Shown here: one piece after another, positions 19,498 to 29,392 of the stretch | How the letters are laid out: each line of letters opens with the position of its first letter | How positions within the stretch are numbered: position 1 is the first letter of the stretch | Source: Bacteroidales bacterium | GTDB lineage: Bacteria; Bacteroidota; Bacteroidia; Bacteroidales; VadinHA17 | Reading direction: 5' to 3' | Length of the DNA stretch: 64,000 nucleotides | NCBI GenBank assembly: GCA_024763075.1 | Contig: JANTGF010000008.1 | Coordinates: 15,531-79,530 of the forward strand | Position numbers and translations under genes: made by a program | Notes under the pieces: model-generated | Told to the model about the DNA's origin: nothing | The model's input: the letters and a program-made list of their open reading frames with translations, nothing else | Database searches by the model: none

Positions 19498-21102
19498 CTA
19501 TTCTCCCATAGATGCTTTTATAAATCCCACAAAAAGCGGATGCGGTGCAACTACCGTACTTCTATACTCGGGATGAAACTGCACCCCAACATACCATTTA
19601 TGCCCTGGAATTTCAACTATTTCAACCAAACCTGATTCGGGGTTAATCCCAACAGCTCTCATTCCGCTGGCTTCGAATTGCTTCAGATATTTATTATTAA
19701 ATTCATATCTGTGTCTGTGTCTTTCGGAAGTATCCGTCTTTTGATAAGCATCATAAGTAAAACTGTCCTTAGATATCCGACATGGATATGCTCCCAAACG
19801 CATGGTACCACCTTTTTCAGTGATTCCCTTCTGTCCTTCCATCAGATCAATAACCGGAAAAGGAGTACGTGCATTCATTTCGGAAGAATCGGCATTTTCC
19901 AGTTTCAAAACATCCCTCGCAAATTCAATAACAGCACATTGCATCCCGAGACAAATTCCAAGGTAAGGAATATTATTCTCCCTGGCATATCTGGCAGCTG
20001 ATATTTTTCCTTCAATTCCTCTGTTTCCAAAACCCGGTGCCACCAGTATTCCATTCAGTCCTGCCAGTTTCTCTTTTGCGTTTTGATCGGTAATACCCTC
20101 AGAATGGATGTATTGCAAATCAACTTCACATTCATTCACAGCACCTCCATGAACAAATGACTCAGAAATTGATTTGTAAGCATCATGCAATTCCACATAT
20201 TTACCTACCAGCCCTATTTTAATTTTTCTTTTTGGGTTCTGTAATTTTTTAACAAAAGTCTTCCAGACTTTCAACTCAGGTTCATTCCCAGGAGGTAAAT
20301 TCAGTTTTCTTAATACCACCTGATCCAGTTTTTCATCCAGCATAAGCAACGGAACCTGATAAATAGTAGAAACGTTTTTTGACTCAATAACCGAAGGTTT
20401 ATCCACATTGCAAAACAAAGCAACCTTTTCACGGAGAGCATCATTCAGACTATGTTCAGTTCTAAGGATCAAAACATCAGCCTGGATCCCGTTTTCCTGC
20501 AAGATCTTTACAGAGTGTTGTGTAGGTTTGGTCTTCAACTCACCTGTAGCCGCAAGATAAGGTACCAGGGTAAGGTGAACAACCAAACAATTCTGGGGGC
20601 CAAGTTCCCATTTCAGCTGCCTGACAGATTCAATATACGGCAGGGACTCAATATCACCAACTGTACCTCCAATCTCAGTGATGACAATGTCAAACTGGTT
20701 TTTTCTGGCCACAAATTTTATTCTTCGTTTTATCTCATCGGTAATATGAGGAATGATCTGAACTGTTTTACCCAGATAATCTCCGGTCCTCTCTTTATTG
20801 ATTACCGTCTGATATACTTTCCCGGTGGTCACATTATTTGCCTGAGAAGTTGGAATATTGAGAAACCGTTCATAATGGCCCAGATCAAGATCGGTTTCCG
20901 CCCCGTCTTCCGTTACATAACATTCACCATGCTCATACGGATTTAATGTTCCAGGATCCACATTAATGTAAGGATCCATTTTTGAGATAGTTACTCTGTA
21001 ACCTCTTGACTGTAACAATTTGGCAAGGGAAGATGAAATAATTCCTTTTCCCAGACTGGATGTTACACCACCGGTAACGAATATGTATTTTGTTGATTGC
21101 AA
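19498..21102 (-). CDS. pyrG: CTP synthase
   Basis: 534 aa. KYIFVTGGV.SSLGKG N-terminus and a glutamine amidotransferase domain (GICLGMQ, HRHRYE). The start codon is TTG (reverse complement of caa at 21100-21102). Confidence 0.97.
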   Translation of the reverse strand: MQSTKYIFVTGGVTSSLGKGIISSSLAKLLQSRGYRVTISKMDPYINVDPGTLNPYEHGECYVTEDGAETDLDLGHYERFLNIPTSQANNVTTGKVYQTVINKERTGDYLGKTVQIIPHITDEIKRRIKFVARKNQFDIVITEIGGTVGDIESLPYIESVRQLKWELGPQNCLVVHLTLVPYLAATGELKTKPTQHSVKILQENGIQADVLILRTEHSLNDALREKVALFCNVDKPSVIESKNVSTIYQVPLLMLDEKLDQVVLRKLNLPPGNEPELKVWKTFVKKLQNPKRKIKIGLVGKYVELHDAYKSISESFVHGGAVNECEVDLQYIHSEGITDQNAKEKLAGLNGILVAPGFGNRGIEGKISAARYARENNIPYLGICLGMQCAVIEFARDVLKLENADSSEMNARTPFPVIDLMEGQKGITEKGGTMRLGAYPCRISKDSFTYDAYQKTDTSERHRHRYEFNNKYLKQFEASGMRAVGINPESGLVEIVEIPGHKWYVGVQFHPEYRSTVVAPHPLFVGFIKASMGE

Positions 21103-21154
21103 GTTATGATAATATTGATGGTTATATGAAATTAATTTTCATTTTCAAATAAAA

Positions 21155-23383
21155 CTAGATGATATCATCAATCATTTTTATTTTTTCCTTTAATAGTTTC
21201 AGGTTCTTTTTTGCATTTTCAATTTTCCTTGTTACCTCTTCAATCATCGGATTGGAACTAGCGGATTTCGCAAAAAATCCAATATTATTTTCCCAGGTAA
21301 CAATGTCACTTTCAAGAGCCTTAAGGCGATTGACAAATTTTTCCCTTTCCGCATATAATTTCCTCCTGAGGTTTGGAGAGGTTCCCATATCCTCAAGTTT
21401 GTTCTTGTACCGCAGAATACTTTTTCTGGTATCATCCAGTTTCAGATTATCATAAAACTGATCTACTGCCTGCCGGTAGTGCTGCATGAGTTCATCTTTT
21501 TTCTTAATGGGGACAAATCCAATTTCTGACCACTGATGTTGAAAATCCTTCAGATATGCAAAATTGTCATCCATATTATCACTCATCTTAAAAGAATTGA
21601 TCTTTTCCAGCAGTTCAGACTTAAGTTTCAGGTTTTCCTCATATTTCTGATCAATATTGGAAAAATATTCCGTTTTACGGTTAAAAAAAGTATCACAGGC
21701 TGACCGGAATCGCTTCCATATTTTATCTGAATATCTTCTGGGAACAGGTCCGATCTCCTTCCATTTCTTCTGCAAATCAATAAAATAATCCGTAGTCTTC
21801 CTCCAGTCTTCACTATTCATTGCCCCTTCTGCTTTTTCACAGAGTTCAGTTTTCAATTGTAAATTATGCTGTTGAATCTCCTTATTTTCAGCATAAAAGG
21901 CCCTTCGTTTGTTAAAAAATTCATCACAGACTTTACCAAAACGTTCATAAATCAGTGTATTATGTTTCTTGGGAGCAAAGCCAATGGTTTTCCATTCTTT
22001 TTGTAATTCAACAATTTCATTCGACTTCTTTTCCCAATCCCTGTTTGATTTGATCTCTTCCTGAAGAATAGCCTCCACTTTTTCACATAAAGCAGTTTTT
22101 AATTCCAGGTTCTTTTTCAATGAGGCTTTGATGTCCTCAAAATGTTTCTGATGCTTTTTATTGATCAGGGATGTGAGTGAACGGAACTTCTCCCAGATTA
22201 TTTCCTTGGATTCATGTGGAACCGGACCTATTTCCCTCCATTGTTCGTGATACTTTTGCAACCTGCGAAATGCAGAAACCACATTGTTTTCTTCCAATAA
22301 CTTTTCTGCTTTTTCACAAAGAGCCATTTTGCTCTCCAGGTTTTTCTTCAGGTCAAGATCACGAAGTTCCTTATTTATTTTAATATAATCATAAAACTTT
22401 TCAACATGGTAATGGTAATTTTCCCACAGGTCTTTCAATTTTGCCTGAGGTACCATTCCAATGGATTTCCAGCGATACTGCAAATCCCTGAATTCCTGAA
22501 AGGTTTTGTTTATAGACTCCTCTTTATTGATTAAACCCTTGATGTTCTCAATGATCCTGTATTTTTCCTCAAGGTTTGCCTGTTTCTCCAGTTCTATCTG
22601 GTGGTTATAGGCAGACTTATCACGTTTATAAAGATTCAGGAGCTCTTTCAATTTTTCTTCCAGCGGATCGGCAACAGGGGCAAAATCTTCTTCCTTTCCT
22701 CCGTCTTTTATAAAAGCTTCCTTCTTTTTTGTGAGCTCAAGCTTAAGTTTCTTATAGAAATTTGACTTTATCTGTTCCAGGTCATTTTTAATGGTCTGAA
22801 CCGGCCGGTCATGAACGAGTATATTCAGCGAGCTTACAAGCTCTTCCATTGAATATGTTGAATAATCAACCTCTTTTATTCCTCCGTCATCAGCATCTTC
22901 TTCTTTATCTGCTTCATCTTCCGGTCCTTTATTTTCATCTTTGGTTTCCTTACTTTCTACCTCCACGCCATCCTTCACCTCTTCAATAACTTCTGAAGTT
23001 TTAACTTTTTCCTTTCCGGTTTCTGCAACAGTTTCCTCAACTGTTTCAGGCTGTTTGTTATTATCTTCACTCAGGGCCTCAACTTCTTTTACCTCCACAG
23101 GGGTTTCCTGTTCTTCATTTATTTCTTTTTGTTCAGAAACTGATCCGGTGGCAGGTTTATCGGATACCGGTACTTCTGGCTCAGGATCAGAAGATATACT
23201 TTCTTTGGATTCCGTTATATCACTTTCATTATTATCAGCAGAAGCCTCTTCAATTGTGGTTTCTTCCGGCGAAGGGCTGTTTATTTCAGGTTCAGCAGTC
23301 TGATTTTCAGAATTAGCCGCTGTATTCTCCAGGGAAGAGTTTGTTTCCTCATGAAGTTCATTTTTCTTTTCAGTTGTCATCAT
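21155..23383 (-). CDS. DUF349 repeat protein with long acidic low-complexity N-terminus
   Basis: At least five repeats of the W(K/R)xIG(P/F)VPxxxxxxIW(E/K)RF...FF pattern typical of DUF349. The first ~170 aa are E/D/S/T-rich. Confidence 0.8.
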   Translation of the reverse strand: MMTTEKKNELHEETNSSLENTAANSENQTAEPEINSPSPEETTIEEASADNNESDITESKESISSDPEPEVPVSDKPATGSVSEQKEINEEQETPVEVKEVEALSEDNNKQPETVEETVAETGKEKVKTSEVIEEVKDGVEVESKETKDENKGPEDEADKEEDADDGGIKEVDYSTYSMEELVSSLNILVHDRPVQTIKNDLEQIKSNFYKKLKLELTKKKEAFIKDGGKEEDFAPVADPLEEKLKELLNLYKRDKSAYNHQIELEKQANLEEKYRIIENIKGLINKEESINKTFQEFRDLQYRWKSIGMVPQAKLKDLWENYHYHVEKFYDYIKINKELRDLDLKKNLESKMALCEKAEKLLEENNVVSAFRRLQKYHEQWREIGPVPHESKEIIWEKFRSLTSLINKKHQKHFEDIKASLKKNLELKTALCEKVEAILQEEIKSNRDWEKKSNEIVELQKEWKTIGFAPKKHNTLIYERFGKVCDEFFNKRRAFYAENKEIQQHNLQLKTELCEKAEGAMNSEDWRKTTDYFIDLQKKWKEIGPVPRRYSDKIWKRFRSACDTFFNRKTEYFSNIDQKYEENLKLKSELLEKINSFKMSDNMDDNFAYLKDFQHQWSEIGFVPIKKKDELMQHYRQAVDQFYDNLKLDDTRKSILRYKNKLEDMGTSPNLRRKLYAEREKFVNRLKALESDIVTWENNIGFFAKSASSNPMIEEVTRKIENAKKNLKLLKEKIKMIDDII

Positions 23384-23576
23384 TCATCAGTTTTTTCTGT
23401 CATTTCAACAGAACGTAAGAGCATTCAGGTATCACAATTCAGGCTACGAAAATATATAATTCAGCACTAATACTCAAAGAAATTGGATAATAATTAAGAA
23501 AAGCAGATAAACGGGGTACTAACCTGGTAGAATTTCAGTCCTAAACGCTTAAAAACCTGACAAATGTATCAATACA

Positions 23577-24614
23577 TTAAAGATTAAAATAAACGCCTGT
23601 TAATCCGACAATTAAACCCACAACCAGATTTATGAGTTTTACATACAGAAAACTCTTTTTTGATTCTGCCAGCAATGGCAAACTTCCATGTCCGTCCTGC
23701 ACAATAGAATTTGCCAATAAAATACTTAAAGGAATGGTACCCGCAATAAAAAGAGAGATAAAAACCATATGTGGCCCTGATTCGGGAATAACACCTATAA
23801 GTAAAGCAATGATCAGGATTAAATACATATTCCCTTTGATCCATTGCTCAATTTCAAAATGCTGAACAAGAAAACCAAGTACCAACAAGGTTCCAAAAGT
23901 CCAGAGAAAAATTTTAATAAAATGCTTTTTTATAATATGCTCCCAGATATGTTCATTCAGAAAATGTTCGGGAACCGTACCAACAATAAACAAGGTTACC
24001 ACTGTACTGCCCAGGAGAACAAAACGTACCCAGTTCCATTCCTCAGGACCAATTCCTCCAAGCAAAAGTAATATAAGTAATATGGAGGCACCAGCAAGAA
24101 ATAATGCACGTGAAAAAGAGATATTTTTAAACCGGGAGGGTATGGATTCCGGTTCAAAACAGATACATTCCACCTCTTTTTCATGGACATGAAACCCCCT
24201 GTTAATACTAAAGGGCTGATATTCTGATATTTTGGGAAACATAGTCAGTATGAAACCGGTAATCAAGGCAATAAAGAATATCAGAATTGTTAATTTGAGG
24301 AAAGTACCCGGAATCAATGCCATCATTACAAAGGCTTCATCGCCGGCTGTAGCAATCATTACCGTAACCAGGGCAGCAAAATTCGTGATACGGTGTGAAT
24401 ACAATGATACTACCGTGTATGTCCCAAGACACCCGGGAACAATTCCCAGAAAAGCAGCCAGGGGTATCTGAAACCAACGTGCCGACTGGAGTTTATTACT
24501 CCATATCCCTCTGGTTTGTACATTAATATATTCAATGATCAGCATGACCACCATCACAAAACTGGTGATCATTAAGGCATGTTTGAAAGAATCAGAAAAT
24601 ACAGATATTTCCAT
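23577..24614 (-). CDS. Polytopic membrane protein, putative metal (Mn/As-type) transporter family
   Basis: 345 aa with about 10 TM helices in two halves separated by a soluble loop. Resembles proteins annotated as putative manganese transporter (ArsP_2-like). Memory-based call with low specificity. Confidence 0.45.
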   Translation of the reverse strand: MEISVFSDSFKHALMITSFVMVVMLIIEYINVQTRGIWSNKLQSARWFQIPLAAFLGIVPGCLGTYTVVSLYSHRITNFAALVTVMIATAGDEAFVMMALIPGTFLKLTILIFFIALITGFILTMFPKISEYQPFSINRGFHVHEKEVECICFEPESIPSRFKNISFSRALFLAGASILLILLLLGGIGPEEWNWVRFVLLGSTVVTLFIVGTVPEHFLNEHIWEHIIKKHFIKIFLWTFGTLLVLGFLVQHFEIEQWIKGNMYLILIIALLIGVIPESGPHMVFISLFIAGTIPLSILLANSIVQDGHGSLPLLAESKKSFLYVKLINLVVGLIVGLTGVYFNL

Positions 24615-24814
24615 TAAATTGTGGTATCATTATTCAATCCTCAAAATTATAAAAAGAAATGCTTTTATAGCTTTATATTTCAAAATGTTTTTTCAATATT
24701 TCACAAAAACCAGATGATTTTATCATTGATATTCATACCCCGAAATACAAGATTTCAATAGATCAAAATTCAGGTTTAGAGGAGCCTGACAAATTAATAT
24801 GGTAAATACTTACA

Positions 24815-26716
24815 TTAAACCTGGTTGGCAAGTGCTTTTTCAATCTCTCTAAGCTGAAGAAAATGATCATGGTTGTAATAGGGTATAAGTTCCCAGGCAT
24901 CTTCAAGAACCTTCTTCGCTTCCTTTAACTTCCCCTCTTTATATAAACCCAGTCCATAGGTGTGCATGTAGTTACCATTTGCCGGTTCTTTTTCAAGTAA
25001 AGGTTTGATAAGATCCATACCTTCATCCACATTGATATCATTTAAAATTAGAAAATAAGCGAAACTATTTGTCAGGTCATTATAATCCGGATTTATTGCA
25101 AGTGCGCGTCTGTATAATTTTTCTGCTTGCTTTAATGAGTCCCCTTTTTCATACGCACTTGCCAGCCAGTACAATATTTCTGTTTCAGGCCATTTGTAAT
25201 TTTCTGCAATTCTTCTAAACTCTTCAATATGTTTGTTTGCAACTGTGGTTTCTCTCCGTGAAATGGCACAAATAGCCAGTAAATATTCAACCCGGAATTT
25301 TGCATCAGGCCAATAAGAAAGTCCAAGTTCATAAATTTTCCTTTCTTTCTTATGTTTTCCCGTTTTATGATAGGCTTGTCCCAATAAAACATAGGACCAG
25401 ATCCATGACTTTCTATTGAATTTCTTAAAAAGCTCAACATTTTTCTCGAGTGCTTCAATAGCATTTTGCCACTGTTCAGTGATAAAGGATGCCCACCCGA
25501 TGCCATACATCTTGTTCATGCAATACGGATTGATTTTTAGATATTGTTTCATGTATTCGATTTGATCCAAAGGCCTTTTATCAACCGCAGCTTTCACCTC
25601 TTTTATGGTCAATTGCATGTCAAGCGGAACATTATCAATTTTACTATAAGCTTTATAAGCCCATTTTTTACTCAGATCAGTCTTGCCCAGATCACCATAG
25701 ACATAAGCTAATTTTACCATGGGAGAAACAAAGTTTGTATCAATTTCAATAGCTTTGATATAAAGATCAATGGCTGAAGTATAATCCAATTCACCATGCC
25801 GGGAGAATCCCTGGATATAATATTTATATGCTTTGGTAGATTTTGTAACCACATTCTTCAGATCAAAAAACATGGTTTGATCAAGTTGTTTTATTTCAAG
25901 ATAGTTCTTTAATAATGTTGATATTGAATCCGCAAGTGCAAAAAAGTCATTTTCAGAACCACCCTCCACTTCATATGATTTATAGATCTCCTCACTTTTT
26001 GAATCCAGTAAATTAGCTGTAACCCGAATGATATCTCCAGCCTTATGAATGTTCCCGACAATTACTGTATTTGCATCAAGCTTCACAGCTATATCTCTGG
26101 AAAAAGAAGGTGTAATAGATGAATAATTTTTAAGTTTCTTATCCCCGATAATACTATACATGGTCTCATATTGCCGGACTGACAATTCCTTTGAGTTTGA
26201 AAGCGATGTAATAAGAAGATTCTGTATGCCTTCCTCCCATACATTGAAAAGAGTATCCCCTGACAGGTTTTGAAACGGCATCACAACAAGAGAAATTCTT
26301 CCATCAGAATTTTTCCTGATTTTTGATTTGTTGCTCCCAAATATTTTTGGATAAACCAATATGCCAACCAGAATGATCAATACAGAAATAATCACGTCAC
26401 TTACCCTTAGTTTTCTTCTCTCTGTCTCTGAAGGTAAATCCTGTTCAAGAGTCAAATCAATGGATTCTGTTTTTTTAACACCGGCTGGTGTAATATCAAA
26501 AATCCAGGATAAAATTGCAACGATTGGAAATCCAATGATTAAAAGCAAAATAACCATTGTTGCAGTCCATTCCGGTAATCGCAAAGGTGCTGCAACGTTA
26601 TTTACCAGTTCTATAATAACATAGGCAGCCCCGGCATACATGGCAAGTACCCTGAAGACTTTGCGACGTTTCAGTTCCTGCCAGAATTTCATAATTTTAT
26701 TTGGGTTTGCAGCCAT
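24815..26716 (-). CDS. Membrane-anchored TPR-repeat protein with TolB-N-like sensor module
   Basis: N-terminal KFWQELKRRKVFRV...two-TM module, then the LVVMPFQNLSGD segment, then multiple TPR-like repeats (AIDLYIKAIEIDTNF, AEKLYRRALAINPDY). Confidence 0.7.
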   Translation of the reverse strand: MAANPNKIMKFWQELKRRKVFRVLAMYAGAAYVIIELVNNVAAPLRLPEWTATMVILLLIIGFPIVAILSWIFDITPAGVKKTESIDLTLEQDLPSETERRKLRVSDVIISVLIILVGILVYPKIFGSNKSKIRKNSDGRISLVVMPFQNLSGDTLFNVWEEGIQNLLITSLSNSKELSVRQYETMYSIIGDKKLKNYSSITPSFSRDIAVKLDANTVIVGNIHKAGDIIRVTANLLDSKSEEIYKSYEVEGGSENDFFALADSISTLLKNYLEIKQLDQTMFFDLKNVVTKSTKAYKYYIQGFSRHGELDYTSAIDLYIKAIEIDTNFVSPMVKLAYVYGDLGKTDLSKKWAYKAYSKIDNVPLDMQLTIKEVKAAVDKRPLDQIEYMKQYLKINPYCMNKMYGIGWASFITEQWQNAIEALEKNVELFKKFNRKSWIWSYVLLGQAYHKTGKHKKERKIYELGLSYWPDAKFRVEYLLAICAISRRETTVANKHIEEFRRIAENYKWPETEILYWLASAYEKGDSLKQAEKLYRRALAINPDYNDLTNSFAYFLILNDINVDEGMDLIKPLLEKEPANGNYMHTYGLGLYKEGKLKEAKKVLEDAWELIPYYNHDHFLQLREIEKALANQV

Positions 26717-26882
26717 ATTGTTATTAAATTCTTACAGGTAATTCAAAATTTGAATATACAACTTTTAAGTATAAAAGTCAAGTATTTGAAAGCAGTAATG
26801 AATCTATTGTTACAATTTTTGGGAAAATAAAAGATCGCTACCGTCTCTCTTGTGTTATAAAACACATTCTCAAAATTTGAAA

Positions 26883-26900
26883 AATGAGCATATGCTCATT
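26883..26900. promoter_or_regulatory. 18-bp perfect palindrome AATGAGCATATGCTCATT (candidate operator)
   Basis: Read directly; it is its own reverse complement. It abuts a -7 box and lies 24 nt upstream of the ATG at 26924. Confidence 0.5.
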
Positions 26901-26907
26901 ATATTTG
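26900..26907 (+). promoter_or_regulatory. Bacteroidota -7 promoter box TATATTTG
   Basis: Matches TAnnTTTG, 17 nt upstream of the NifX-like gene start. Confidence 0.45.
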
Positions 26908-26923
26908 TAACAAAAATAAAACT

Positions 26924-27271
26924 ATGAAAGTAGCCATACCAACAAACGATAAAAAATCAGTTTTTCCCCGGACTGGGCAGGCGCACGGATACATGATTTT
27001 CCATATTGATGGCAACAAAATCAAAGGGAAATTTTACAAAGCATTACCTGCTGACATGAGACACAAACATGACCATCAGGATGAATCAGAAGAACATACA
27101 CATGAAGACTTATGTGAATTTCTCGAGAATTGTGACCTGGTGCTAGTAAAAAATATTGGCAGGCATCTTAAATCTGATTTTGAAAAAAGGCGAATTCCTT
27201 ATAAAAAAATAAGGAAAGATGTTTTGGATGAGGCAATCAGGGAATACCTTGAGGAGCAGAATAACAGTTAA
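26924..27271 (+). CDS. NifB/NifX/NifY-like (dinitrogenase FeMo-cofactor-binding fold) small protein with His-rich segment
   Basis: MKVAIPTND......G.A..Y.IF N-terminus is typical of this fold. Central HKHDHQDESEEHTHED histidine/acid-rich stretch. Confidence 0.55.
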   Translation: MKVAIPTNDKKSVFPRTGQAHGYMIFHIDGNKIKGKFYKALPADMRHKHDHQDESEEHTHEDLCEFLENCDLVLVKNIGRHLKSDFEKRRIPYKKIRKDVLDEAIREYLEEQNNS

Positions 27272-27284
27272 AAAATTTACGATA

Positions 27285-29162
27285 ATGTCATTAAATCCAT
27301 TAAACCTCAGAAATAACCTGATCATGGCCACAGTAAAGCTGGGCTATACAACAGGTGACGGTAAAATACACGATAAACATCTGGCATTCTATAAGCCCCG
27401 GAGCAGGCATGTTGGAGCACTTACTCCGGAACCCTTATACCTGGACAAAGGCTTGAGGGAACTTCCCACACAGCTTGGTGTGGACAGTGATGATAAAATT
27501 CCCGGACTAAAAAAACTCACGGATCTTATTCACTCTAATGGTGCAAAAGCCATCGCCAACCTGAGCCATCCTGGCCGAATGGCTAACCCAAAAATTCCCG
27601 GAAATTATCATATCAGTTCCTCTGCCAAAGCATGTGAAAACGGTGGAGCTACTCCAAAAAAAATGGAAGCTGAGGACTTCAAACAGGTACTTGATCTGTT
27701 TTCTTCTGCTGCCCGAAGATGCAAAGAAGCCGGTTTTGATATCATCGAACTTCAATTGGGACACGGATACCTGGCTGCACAGTTTCTCTCGCCTTCTGTA
27801 AATGACAGAGATGATGAATATGGTGGCAGCTTCGAAAACCGTATTAAATTCCCGCTGGAGATTCTGGATGCTGTTAAAAGTGCAACAGATCTTCCGGTGA
27901 TTGCAAGGATAAGTGGTGATGAAATGATCCCGGATGGATTTCACCCAGAGGAAATGATTCGATTTGCAGGAATCCTGAAAGAACGTGGGGTCAGTGCCAT
28001 ACATGTTACTGCAGGAACAGTTTGTTCCACTCCACCCTGGTTCTTCCAGCACATGTTCATACCAAAAGGTAAAACATGGGAATTGGGAGGGAAAATTAAG
28101 TCAGCAGTAGATATTCCCGTAATTTTCGTCGGAAAAATTCATTCAAAACAAGACATAGAAAAACTTCAGAACGAATATCAGGCAGATTATGTAGCTTTTG
28201 GAAGAGCTCTGGTAGCTGATCCTGATTTTGCCGGAAAGGTTTTGAACCATGTCCCTGGATTGATCCGGCCCTGTATGGCCTGTGCCGAAGGTTGCCTGGG
28301 AGGAGTAAGAGCAGGAAAAGGGCTGGGTTGCGTTGTAAACCCGCTGGCAGGTCATGAAGAAGAAGAAATACACTCGGCAAGCAAAATAAAAAATATTGCA
28401 ATCGTTGGTGGTGGTTTAGCCGGGATGCAGGCAGCTCTAACGCTAACCCAAAGAGGTCATAAGGTTACAATGTATGAAAAAGAAGAGCTTGGCGGACAGT
28501 ATAATCTGGCGCACCTTCCTCCTCTAAAAGACTCATTAAGGGAAATTGTTGATTATTATAAACAGGAAATTTCAGATAACCATATCTCCGTAAATTATAA
28601 AGAAGCGGGTGAGGAAGACCTGCTCTCCGGCAAGTATAATGAAGTAGTGCTGGCTTCCGGTGCTGTCCCTGCCATTCCTCCTATAAAAGGCCTGAAAAAA
28701 TATTTCTGGACAGAGTTCCTGCATGATCAACACCTTCCGGTCGGCAAAAAGGTATTGATCATTGGAGGTGGATTGATCGGTATCGAACTGGCAAGTAAAT
28801 TGACCGACAAGGAAAATGAAGTCATTATTGTTGAAATGCTGGAAGAAGTAGCCAGAGGTATGGAAGCCATTGAAAAGGCCATGACATTGAAGAAGCTTCA
28901 GTCCAAACAGGTAAAAATTTTCAAAAACACAAGAGTCGCTGAAATACTTAATGGTGATACAGCTGTTCTTTTAGGTCCTGATCAAACATTTGAGATAAAA
29001 GACATTGATCATTTTGTAATGGCCACCGGAATGCGTGCCTATCATCCACTTTCGGAAAAGCTGGAAGGGGAAATACCCTATCATTTAGTTGGGGATGCCA
29101 TAAAACCGGACAAAGCCCAGACAGCCATCCGGAGTGCCTTTGAACTGGCAAACAGGATCTGA
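27285..29162 (+). CDS. Old-yellow-enzyme / 2,4-dienoyl-CoA reductase-like NADH:flavin oxidoreductase with C-terminal FAD/NAD(P)-binding domain
   Basis: OYE TIM-barrel motifs (GFDIIELQLGHGYL..QFLSP..N.R.DEYGGS.ENR), Fe-S cysteine cluster RPCMACAEGC, Rossmann IAIVGGGLAGM and LIIGGGLIG. Start set to ATG 27285 (MSLNPLNL); the ORF-track start at 27219 overlaps the upstream gene. Confidence 0.85.
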   Translation: MSLNPLNLRNNLIMATVKLGYTTGDGKIHDKHLAFYKPRSRHVGALTPEPLYLDKGLRELPTQLGVDSDDKIPGLKKLTDLIHSNGAKAIANLSHPGRMANPKIPGNYHISSSAKACENGGATPKKMEAEDFKQVLDLFSSAARRCKEAGFDIIELQLGHGYLAAQFLSPSVNDRDDEYGGSFENRIKFPLEILDAVKSATDLPVIARISGDEMIPDGFHPEEMIRFAGILKERGVSAIHVTAGTVCSTPPWFFQHMFIPKGKTWELGGKIKSAVDIPVIFVGKIHSKQDIEKLQNEYQADYVAFGRALVADPDFAGKVLNHVPGLIRPCMACAEGCLGGVRAGKGLGCVVNPLAGHEEEEIHSASKIKNIAIVGGGLAGMQAALTLTQRGHKVTMYEKEELGGQYNLAHLPPLKDSLREIVDYYKQEISDNHISVNYKEAGEEDLLSGKYNEVVLASGAVPAIPPIKGLKKYFWTEFLHDQHLPVGKKVLIIGGGLIGIELASKLTDKENEVIIVEMLEEVARGMEAIEKAMTLKKLQSKQVKIFKNTRVAEILNGDTAVLLGPDQTFEIKDIDHFVMATGMRAYHPLSEKLEGEIPYHLVGDAIKPDKAQTAIRSAFELANRI

Positions 29163-29392
29163 AAAAATTTGCATGAAAATACCATATCAGTCAATGATAT
29201 AGTCTCAGCTTATTCCTGCTCCGGGCATTTCGGATTATTTGGGATTGGATTACGATTGTGCCTTAAACCCTATGTTATTCAAATGGATAGAATAGGTATG
29301 GGCAGCGTTTTTTTGTATTTTTCCAATCCGCCTATTAAATGTTCCTGTTATGTATTAATTTTTCTACTTTTGCATATTAATTTATTTGGAAC

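Noticed and set aside
20452-20946. 164-aa plus-strand ORF within pyrG
   Set aside because: It is antisense to a highly conserved gene and has no motifs.
22941-23303. 120-aa Ser/Thr-rich plus-strand ORF
   Set aside because: It is the antisense mirror of the acidic low-complexity N-terminus of the DUF349 gene.
27219-27284. 22-aa N-terminal extension of the OYE-like gene overlapping the NifX-like gene
   Set aside because: It overlaps the upstream CDS by 53 nt. ATG 27285 gives the usual short N-terminus before the first beta-strand.
27507-28052. 181-aa minus-strand ORF within the OYE-like gene
   Set aside because: It is antisense to a motif-rich flavoenzyme gene, a shadow ORF.
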